Virus record (IMG/VR): IMGVR_UViG_3300036784_000011
Location: 1 to 40,654 of that record
Direction: 5' to 3' (one strand)
Length of the DNA stretch: 40,654 nucleotides
Source: a virus
Taxonomy: Duplodnaviria; Caudoviricetes
The translations under genes were made by a program, and so were the position numbers. Positions 34,525 through 40,654 of this stretch are shown piece after piece; within the stretch, counting starts at the first letter, position 1, and every line of letters begins with the position of its first letter. Below the pieces are notes generated by a model. That model saw nothing but the letters and a program-made list of their open reading frames with translations, was not told the origin of the DNA and searched no databases.

Positions 34525-34807
34525 CGTCAGGCCCTTCTGGTCCAGGCATGCCCGGTAGATGTGACGTAATGCTATGGAAGAACTGCTGCTGCTGATCTTG
34601 CGCTTCCTGTGCGGCCGCCTCCTGCTCGTTGAGATAGATCGGGTCCATGATCTCGCGGATGGCTTTGCCAAGGATGAAGCTCATGTTGTCGTTAGCCCAG
34701 TCGCAGTCATTGTAGGCCGCTATTAGAGCAAGCCAGATATGGGCCGGAACCGTCACGGTGATCGGCTCGTTGAGGCTTATGTCCTTCATCATTCTTTGAT
34801 CTGCCAT
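34508..34807 (-). CDS. Hypothetical protein
   Basis: Start re-called at ATG 34807 (MADQRMMKDIS). Confidence 0.55.
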   Translation of the reverse strand: MADQRMMKDISLNEPITVTVPAHIWLALIAAYNDCDWANDNMSFILGKAIREIMDPIYLNEQEAAAQEAQDQQQQFFHSITSHLPGMPGPEGPDDDQLK

Positions 34808-34926
34808 GTTCTCATCTCTCTGAGCTTGGCTAGTTCTTCTCTTGTTAGTGCAGTGCCCTGGTAGAGCCGTCGGCCGCACTTCTTACAATAGACGCAGCGG
34901 CCGACGCGCTCATGTTCGTGATTTAT
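34789..34926 (-). CDS. Small zinc-finger protein, non-canonical (ATA) start or frameshift-accessed
   Basis: INHEHERVGRCVYCKKCGRRLYQG; no ATG/GTG/TTG in frame between the upstream stop and the finger. Confidence 0.4.
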   Translation of the reverse strand: MNHEHERVGRCVYCKKCGRRLYQGTALTREELAKLREMRTWQIKE

Positions 34927-34966
34927 GCAGTCACCGAAGATATCGAGAACTGCCCGGAGGTAACTG

Positions 34967-35773
34967 TTAAAACGGCGGGTCGTCAGCGGAACCAGCGGCG
35001 GCCCGGCCCCTACCCCGCTTAACGGGCGTAGCGGCCTTAGCCTTTGCCGGCGCGGAGCGGGCCGGAGCCGCCCTGCGAGCGGTCGATCGGGCGGGAGTAG
35101 CGGCGGGAGCGCTGCGGCCCTTAGCGGCCGTCCTACGGGCGCCACGAGCCGGGGGCTCTTCTGGCTCCTCGGGCTCCTCTTCTGGTTCATCTTCCTCTTC
35201 CGGCTCCTCTTCTGGCTCCTCCTCTGGCTCGTCCGGGTCTGCGTCTTCCTCATCCTCATCGTAGTCGAGCCAGACGCCGACGTGAGCCTGCCACTTTCCC
35301 TCATACTGCTCACGAGCGGTGACGACTCGACACCAGGCGGCATCGCTATCTTCGCCCGGCACGAAACTGCCGATCTTCTCGACCGGCGCACCCTGGCTGT
35401 CATCTTCGGCCGCGACGACGACGTTGCTCTTGCCTGTTTTGCTCTTGACGTCCGCGACTGTGATGCCGAAGTGCTCGAAGAATGGACCCCACTTGAACTT
35501 GGCGGCGCTGGTGAGTACCATGTTCTCCCAGAGGGGCATTCCGTTGTACTCCTCTAGGTCACCCTCATTCTCGTCAGCGATCACGAGAACTTTGAGCATC
35601 GAACTGCCGCTGTTCGACTTGGTCCACCAGATGTTCTTGACGTACGCTCTCAGGACTGTGTCGGCCGGGGCGATTTCGCCACTGTAGCTGACGTAATTGC
35701 CTTCGGTGTACTCGGCTGCCTCCAGTTCGTCAGGGTCGATGTCTGCTACGTCGGCGGGGCGGAGCTTTGGCAT
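34967..35773 (-). CDS. ssDNA-binding-like (DUF669-like) protein with acidic and basic tails
   Basis: Beta-rich core (SGSSMLKVL), Glu-rich linker, Ala/Arg/Lys-rich tail, DDPPF C-terminus; next to ATPase and nuclease. Confidence 0.6.
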   Translation of the reverse strand: MPKLRPADVADIDPDELEAAEYTEGNYVSYSGEIAPADTVLRAYVKNIWWTKSNSGSSMLKVLVIADENEGDLEEYNGMPLWENMVLTSAAKFKWGPFFEHFGITVADVKSKTGKSNVVVAAEDDSQGAPVEKIGSFVPGEDSDAAWCRVVTAREQYEGKWQAHVGVWLDYDEDEEDADPDEPEEEPEEEPEEEDEPEEEPEEPEEPPARGARRTAAKGRSAPAATPARSTARRAAPARSAPAKAKAATPVKRGRGRAAAGSADDPPF

Positions 35774-35793
35774 GTAACTACCTTTCCTGTTGA

Positions 35794-36030
35794 CTACTGT
35801 ATTTCCGGATCGTTTGCGCCGGGAGGTTCATCATCAACCCTATCCTCCCGATGCACGTGGTCGAGGGCGTCAGCATGGAGGCGGTGATCAGCAGCGTGTT
35901 CGCCTCTATTCCAGAAACCCAGATTGGGGTGTCTCTTCTGGCAGTGGAGTCTGAACGGTTGCGCAAGCAGCTCGCTCATAGCCGGTACGACTACCTTATC
36001 CGATGAGGACTTCTGCCGTCTAGGGGGCAT
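35794..36030 (-). CDS. Hypothetical His-rich protein
   Basis: LHCQKRH...EHAADH...DHVH. Confidence 0.6.
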   Translation of the reverse strand: MPPRRQKSSSDKVVVPAMSELLAQPFRLHCQKRHPNLGFWNRGEHAADHRLHADALDHVHREDRVDDEPPGANDPEIQ

Positions 36031-36232
36031 TTAGAATCTCCGTAACTTCAGCGAGCAATCTCTGCTCGGGAATCCTGACGTCTGGATCAATTGGCGGTCG
36101 GTCACCAAACAAACTCTTCCAGGCATCGGGGTGCTCTTCATATACATGCCACGTAGCTAGGCAGCCGGATATATGTCGGCTTGGCTCGTCGGTCTCCCAA
36201 TTGCATTCAGCCACCTTGCACTTAGCTGACAT
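36020..36232 (-). CDS. Hypothetical C2H2-like protein
   Basis: CKVAEC...H...H; TAATG coupling. Confidence 0.6.
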   Translation of the reverse strand: MSAKCKVAECNWETDEPSRHISGCLATWHVYEEHPDAWKSLFGDRPPIDPDVRIPEQRLLAEVTEILNAP

Positions 36233-37056
36233 TACGTCGCCTCTATCATCTCGATGAACTCGGCCATTGCCGTGAAGTCACCCTGCTGCACCAACTGGTA
36301 GTCGCCTAGTGCCATATACCTATCCTTGGCCCAGTAACCATCGACCGACTCCGTTAGTGCTATGCGCACCTTGTTTCCGGGCTCGCTCAGCTTCTTGCTA
36401 ACCGAGTACCGGATGCCGACATCGAACTGGCCGATGACGTAGCGGCAGACCTGGAACGTCTTGCCACCCTCGATATGAGGTACACGTTCCATATCATCAT
36501 CCATACCCGGCACCTCCATCTCGCCAAAGATGAAGATCGAGTTATAGGCGGCGTCGATGATGTGATCCACGAACCGCTTGAATCCGATCTGGTACTGCAG
36601 GTGGTCCTGGATCTGCGGAACGTCGAGGCTCCGCGAGCTGTTAGCCCGGTTCTCCATCCGGAGGATCCAGCGCATGTACAGCGATTGCATCTTGGTGCCG
36701 CTGTCTACGATGAGCCAGTCACCCTTGCCGAGAACTTCATCGGCCTTGTTCATGCCGGCGATGACGTGCTCCCAGTCGAACGCTCGCATGACTTGTGACG
36801 TAGAGCCCGAACGTTTGGCGGACGACAGCCCCTTCTCGGTCGTCAGGAATGTAGACCGGGGAGCGCCACCGGCCAGGACGGTCTTCCCGTCACCGCTCGG
36901 CCCGTAGAGACAGATGTTCTTTGACTCTTCAAACTGAGCCATGTCCTCGATCTCGATGGTGACGGCATCGACATCCATCGCCGCCGTGCTCTCGGTGTTG
37001 GCGACGGCTCGCGGCTTACGTGTCGTCTTGCGGGCTCCACGAATTGGTTGTGCCAT
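36232..37056 (-). CDS. AAA_24 / Sak4-like P-loop ATPase (recombination)
   Basis: Walker A YGPSGDGKT; Walker B LIVDS; AKDR near the C-terminus. Confidence 0.8.
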   Translation of the reverse strand: MAQPIRGARKTTRKPRAVANTESTAAMDVDAVTIEIEDMAQFEESKNICLYGPSGDGKTVLAGGAPRSTFLTTEKGLSSAKRSGSTSQVMRAFDWEHVIAGMNKADEVLGKGDWLIVDSGTKMQSLYMRWILRMENRANSSRSLDVPQIQDHLQYQIGFKRFVDHIIDAAYNSIFIFGEMEVPGMDDDMERVPHIEGGKTFQVCRYVIGQFDVGIRYSVSKKLSEPGNKVRIALTESVDGYWAKDRYMALGDYQLVQQGDFTAMAEFIEMIEAT

Positions 37057-37072
37057 GTTTACTTCTCCTCAA

Positions 37073-38053
37073 TTATTCGCTAGCACTCTTGCGGTACCGG
37101 CCGTATGGATCATCTTTGTCATACAAAGTTCTTGCTAGTTCTTCCCAGGCTTTATTGCCCCGCTCGTGAAGTTTACACATCGCAAAGAACTCGCACCACG
37201 TACATTCACGGGTAGTGTTCTTGGTGACCGGGATGGTGCCATCCCGAACCGCATTCATTACGGCTACTTCATTAGCAAGCCGGTTGAGTTGTGTCACCTG
37301 CTCGCGAGGAGTCCGCTCGACAAGGTGTCGGACGAAAGCGGGCGGCGGCTGCTTCTTGCTAACCGTCATGTCTTTGTTGAGATAAGCGCCGCCCGCATTC
37401 CTCGGGCGGTCGTCGCCCTTTGTCTTGCGAAGGAAGTTGTATATGATACCGGCGATCTGTTCGCCTTTTTTCAGCAATCCATTTTCATGTAGCCAAGCAC
37501 TAGCTACGGCCCAGTAGATACCGCCCTGGTCATCCAGCTCAAGGTAGGCAGTCGATATCTGCCCCGCCGTCTTGTTCTCAAGGAGGTAGATTCGCCCATC
37601 GCGCTTGTTCTTGAGGACGCCATCCCACGCCGACATGAACAAGGCTATCGGCTTGCCCTTCCGGGTTACTTTAATCTTGAATGGCTGCTCGATCGCGAGG
37701 ATATACCAGTCGCTATCCCGACCGTACTCCTTGATGTAGTTTTCAAGCATGGCAACGCCAAGGTCTCTGGCATCCTCAAACTTCGGCTGGTCTTCCCATT
37801 CTTCACGCGAGGCGCGTATCTCGCGGAACTCATTAACGCACCATTCGTCAAACGTATCAGCGGGATGGGGGCCACGCCGTGTCCCCTTCAGATACCACTT
37901 CGCTAGAGCTACGTGGACGCCGGTCCCGAACCATAGAGCATCCGCGCTCTCGCCTCGCGGAGTCAAGCCATCTTCAAATCTCCACACATATCGCTGTGGG
38001 CAGCGTCGGAACGTTGACCTTGACGTCGTGGTCACTAGCGGCAGTTCTGTCAT
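37073..38053 (-). CDS. PD-(D/E)XK (Cas4/RecB-like) exonuclease
   Basis: CPQRY, FGTGVH, WDGV...LLENKT, Q...Y, CTWCEF...C. Confidence 0.85.
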   Translation of the reverse strand: MTELPLVTTTSRSTFRRCPQRYVWRFEDGLTPRGESADALWFGTGVHVALAKWYLKGTRRGPHPADTFDEWCVNEFREIRASREEWEDQPKFEDARDLGVAMLENYIKEYGRDSDWYILAIEQPFKIKVTRKGKPIALFMSAWDGVLKNKRDGRIYLLENKTAGQISTAYLELDDQGGIYWAVASAWLHENGLLKKGEQIAGIIYNFLRKTKGDDRPRNAGGAYLNKDMTVSKKQPPPAFVRHLVERTPREQVTQLNRLANEVAVMNAVRDGTIPVTKNTTRECTWCEFFAMCKLHERGNKAWEELARTLYDKDDPYGRYRKSASE

Positions 38054-38144
38054 CTACTCCTCACCTTCACCCTCAGAGTCCCGCCCGGCTAGCTCTCGGG
38101 AATCCCGGCAGAAATCGCACCGGCCGGGCAGGACGCTCAAGATG

Positions 38145-38249
38145 TCAACGCTTACAGGCGTTGCACAGCTGGCCCTCGCTGCTGGTATTCGCACCGCAGT
38201 TCGGACACTTCGGGGGATCTGGCCTCATCATTGGCGCGTCGGGTTCCAT
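38145..38249 (-). CDS. Small zinc-ribbon peptide (34 aa)
   Basis: GAGGTGA SD; MEPDAPMMRPDPPKCPNCGANTSSEGQLCNACKR. Confidence 0.5.
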   Translation of the reverse strand: MEPDAPMMRPDPPKCPNCGANTSSEGQLCNACKR

Positions 38250-38257
38250 TGTTCACC

Positions 38258-38401
38258 TCACTGCATCGAGCCGGGCGTGATGTAGTGCATGCCCAGCTGG
38301 TCACTAGGCTTGAACTGCCTGCGCAGTTCGAGACGGGCGAGCTTTCCGCGCAGCTTGCTCTTGCGTGGGAGCTTGTTCCGCCTAACTCTTGACTTTGCCA
38401 T
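38258..38401 (-). CDS. Small basic protein (47 aa)
   Basis: AAGGAGG SD; MAKSRVRRNKLPRKSKLRGKLARLELRR. Confidence 0.6.
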   Translation of the reverse strand: MAKSRVRRNKLPRKSKLRGKLARLELRRQFKPSDQLGMHYITPGSMQ

Positions 38402-38416
38402 TTCGCCTCCTTCTGG

Positions 38417-38962
38417 TTACTGGTAGCTGTTGGCCATAATGAACTTGACCCAGTCCGACGGCTCCTCGTGAGCAGCATCAGTATAGGTCGGGTAGGCGGC
38501 ATGGTTCTGAGCGTAAGCGAATACTGCGGCCGAAGAGCAAACAACATGCCCGGCAACGATGCCGTTCTTGCCGACCTTTTCAGCCCACGGATCTGGTAGC
38601 ACGGGCAGATGTAGATCGCGGAAACCATCGCCCACAATAGCATCCCAGTCATACTGAGTGTTGATCAGTCGCTGCATCGTGACGCAGATTCCGGCGCGCT
38701 GTTGATTGGTTAGGATCTGCTTCTGGTTGCTTATGGTGTACTTACCGGTCAAGTACCTGGTCGCATCGGCCCAGCCGACACCGCCCGGTCGTCCTTCCAG
38801 AGCCCACCACGTGCCCTTAGCGTCTTTATGATCGAGGACGGCGATGTGGTTGTCAAGATTCGGTTCGCCTAGCAGAGCTGACCCGAGTCTGATCAATTGG
38901 TCTTCAGGGCTGTCGCCGGAATTGACAGCAAGAACGATACCTGGTGCGGGGATGATGGGCAT
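38417..38962 (-). CDS. Permuted papain-like NlpC/P60 (YiiX/YaeF-like) protein
   Basis: NHIAV...EGRPGGV...YDW...VVCSS (His before Cys); AGGAGG SD at ATG 38962. Confidence 0.7.
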   Translation of the reverse strand: MPIIPAPGIVLAVNSGDSPEDQLIRLGSALLGEPNLDNHIAVLDHKDAKGTWWALEGRPGGVGWADATRYLTGKYTISNQKQILTNQQRAGICVTMQRLINTQYDWDAIVGDGFRDLHLPVLPDPWAEKVGKNGIVAGHVVCSSAAVFAYAQNHAAYPTYTDAAHEEPSDWVKFIMANSYQ

Positions 38963-38992
38963 TTTGCCTCCTGTGGCCTGGAGATGATGAAG

Positions 38993-39028
38993 CCTGCCCC
39001 CGGCTGATCGGAGTAAGCCGGGGGCAGG
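38993..39028. terminator. Hairpin terminator
   Basis: CCTGCCCCCGGCT/AGCCGGGGGCAGG perfect 13-bp stem just after the stop at 39035. Confidence 0.7.
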
Positions 39029-39034
39029 AGTCAT

Positions 39035-39475
39035 CTAGTACGCCTCGACCTTGGCCGCAGGCTTGCCGCGCCCGCGACCGGCCTTGGCCGTAGCCGGGGC
39101 CTTGGTGGCGGCGGGAGCGGTGGCCGCACCGCGTCCCCTGCGAGCCGGGGCCGGGGCTGCCTCAGCCTCTTCTGCCGGTGCCGGAGCGGCCGCAGCGCGC
39201 TCTGCCTTCCGGGCCGCACGCCGAGTGATGTTCAGCTCGGACTTCTGGAACCGGGGGTACAGAGTCGAACCGTGAGCCAGGAGTCGGCCGGGGTCGGTCT
39301 TGCCCATCTCATCGATGTCGGCGACGTTCTCGTGATACCAGTCGCCGAAGTCCTGCATCGTGGGGCTGAGATCGCCGGTGAGGTGGCGCTCGAACTCGTT
39401 GCCCTCAACCTCTGCCTCTTCCGGCTCTTCAACAGCGGGGGCCGTCTGGGCCGCCCTCTTTCCACGCGGTGGCAT
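39035..39475 (-). CDS. Putative DNA-binding protein with Ala/Lys/Pro/Arg-rich tail
   Basis: Internal start ATG 39475 after AAAGG and a TATACT promoter; histone-like C-terminus; frame is open up to 39754. Confidence 0.6.
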   Translation of the reverse strand: MPPRGKRAAQTAPAVEEPEEAEVEGNEFERHLTGDLSPTMQDFGDWYHENVADIDEMGKTDPGRLLAHGSTLYPRFQKSELNITRRAARKAERAAAAPAPAEEAEAAPAPARRGRGAATAPAATKAPATAKAGRGRGKPAAKVEAY

Positions 39476-39512
39476 AGTTTTCGCCTTTCGTCGGGTGATT
39501 GTTGGTGGCTTA

Positions 39513-39530
39513 GCGTTACCGCTAGTATAC
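39513..39530 (-). promoter_or_regulatory. Putative phage promoter motif (TATACT -10)
   Basis: GTATACTAGCGGTAACGC; TAGCGC 17 nt upstream of TATACT. Confidence 0.55.
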
Positions 39531-39750
39531 CTCATCCGGCCCGGCTGCGCTATAGCTGCCGAGGATATTTCCGAATGTTTTTCGACTCTGTACCGGCCTT
39601 TTCCTTCGCAGGTAACAGAGACATGACCGGGGCCGTTCGGGATTCCGTGGAGAGCTTTCCCATCGGCAGAAGCCTGTGCGAGCAGAGTCCGGGCGAACGT
39701 CTCGCTGAATCCGTACTTGCTGTGAAGTAGTGCCGAAGCGATGACGGCTC

Positions 39751-39996
39751 TCATGTCGTGGCAACGTTCCTCTTGTCACAGTGGACGGTGTGCTTGCCTT
39801 GTTCTCGGGAGCAGGCGACGCAACACCACTTGAACCCGCGTGAGAAGGGGCGACCACACCTACACGTACTCGCCGCCAGAAGCATAGCCTTACGCCTGAT
39901 CGCGTTCACCTGCCGGACACGCCTGGCCACCTTGATGGCAGCCCTAGTCTTGAGGTCGCCTTTCGGCAGACGGCCCTTGCGTCTGTAGCTCATCAC
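39751..39996 (-). CDS. Basic Cys-rich hypothetical protein
   Basis: Arg/Lys-rich N-half; CRCG...CCVAC...H...C. Confidence 0.55.
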   Translation of the reverse strand: MMSYRRKGRLPKGDLKTRAAIKVARRVRQVNAIRRKAMLLAASTCRCGRPFSRGFKWCCVACSREQGKHTVHCDKRNVATT

Positions 39997-39998
39997 AC

Positions 39999-40148
39999 CT
40001 ACTTATTTTTTGATATGTAGCACATGAATGGGCCAGAGCCCATGATAACGAAGCAGTGTTCGTCCGAAGCCAGGCCGAGGAATCTGAGCATCTCGTCTTC
40101 CGGCACTTCGATGATGGTTTCTGTATTTGTTACTTCGGTTCGCTTCAC
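39999..40148 (-). CDS. Hypothetical protein (49 aa)
   Basis: GTGA overlap with the helicase stop; VKRTEVTNTETIIEVPEDEMLRFLGL... Confidence 0.45.
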   Translation of the reverse strand: MKRTEVTNTETIIEVPEDEMLRFLGLASDEHCFVIMGSGPFMCYISKNK

Positions 40149-40654
40149 TTCATACCCTCCAGAACCATCTCGCTGAGCTTCTTGGGACTGGCGGTCTCAA
40201 GGACACGGCGCTGCTCCTCGGTCAGACCCGCCATCCATTCCTCGATCGTGCCTACGCTGAGGAGCCGGTATATCGTGACCTGGTGCACCCTGCTGACACG
40301 GTGGATACGGTCATGGAGCTGCTTAGAGGTATCCGACTTCCAAGGGTCATCGATCACGATCATCTCGTCGGCCGCATCCAGGGTTATCGACTCGCCACCT
40401 GCCTTGGTGTTGATGATGACTACACGAAGCGGGTCGTCTGGATCCTGGAAGGCACTTTGAATACGTGTCCGCTCCTTGAGACTGGTAGCGCCGGTCAGGG
40501 TAGCGACCTGCCATCCTTTGTCGTAAAGGACATCGGCAGTAAGTTCAACAACCTCGGTGAAGTTGCTTGCGATCACTACCTTGGCATCGGTATTCCTGCG
40601 CTCCTCTAGGAAGTCAACGATCCACTCGATCTTGTTGCTGGGCAGGCCGGGCAC
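40145..40654 (-). CDS. SNF2-family helicase, C-terminal domain (partial)
   Basis: SNKIE, KVVIASNF, LTG, AGGESITL, DDPW, Q..DRIHR, VTIYRL...TIEE. Confidence 0.85.
   Translation of the reverse strand: MPGLPSNKIEWIVDFLEERRNTDAKVVIASNFTEVVELTADVLYDKGWQVATLTGATSLKERTRIQSAFQDPDDPLRVVIINTKAGGESITLDAADEMIVIDDPWKSDTSKQLHDRIHRVSRVHQVTIYRLLSVGTIEEWMAGLTEEQRRVLETASPKKLSEMVLEGMK

Noticed and set aside
37073-38053. CRISPR-Cas locus (Cas4)
   Set aside because: No repeat-spacer array or other cas genes; stand-alone phage nuclease next to ATPase and SSB-like genes
38054-38150. TTGACA promoter or 28-aa ORF (LSVLPGRCDFCRD...) upstream of the nuclease gene
   Set aside because: No -10 at proper spacing; the ORF lacks an SD and coincides with a GC stem, so support is insufficient
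1-40654. Genome-wide TAG recoding
   Set aside because: Many well-defined genes end at TAG followed directly by the next SD or start; only one in-frame continuation (22395) was noticed

Overview
This window is about 40.6 kb of an actinobacterial siphovirus-type phage or prophage genome with two converging arms. The plus-strand arm (1-21826) encodes virion and lysis functions: the end of an HK97-type major capsid gene, four tandem paralogous beta-rich decoration-like proteins, head-tail connectors, a GT-A glycosyltransferase, tail proteins, a -1 frameshifted tail chaperone, a tape measure protein with a lytic transglycosylase domain, a 1563-aa mosaic tail protein, two membrane proteins and a DUF1906-type endolysin. 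The minus-strand arm (22002-40654) encodes small accessory genes, a LysM-Rpf plus NlpC/P60 pair, a DnaE split into two genes, a nucleotide-metabolism cluster (MazG-like, FAD oxidoreductase, HAD, SDR, variant ThyX), an SSB-like protein, an AAA ATPase, a PD-(D/E)XK nuclease and a SNF2-type helicase fragment. The most notable observations are: the Rpf/NlpC module with a GTAAC-N6-GTAAC box and a three-way-junction leader RNA; a candidate non-canonical nucleotide pathway next to the split DnaE; a hidden overlapping gene with an ATC start; recurrent hairpins whose loops end in CAGCCCC; and an inverted ~80-bp tripartite repeat. I recognised no integrase, tRNA or CRISPR array. All calls come from motif recognition by eye; no database searches were run.
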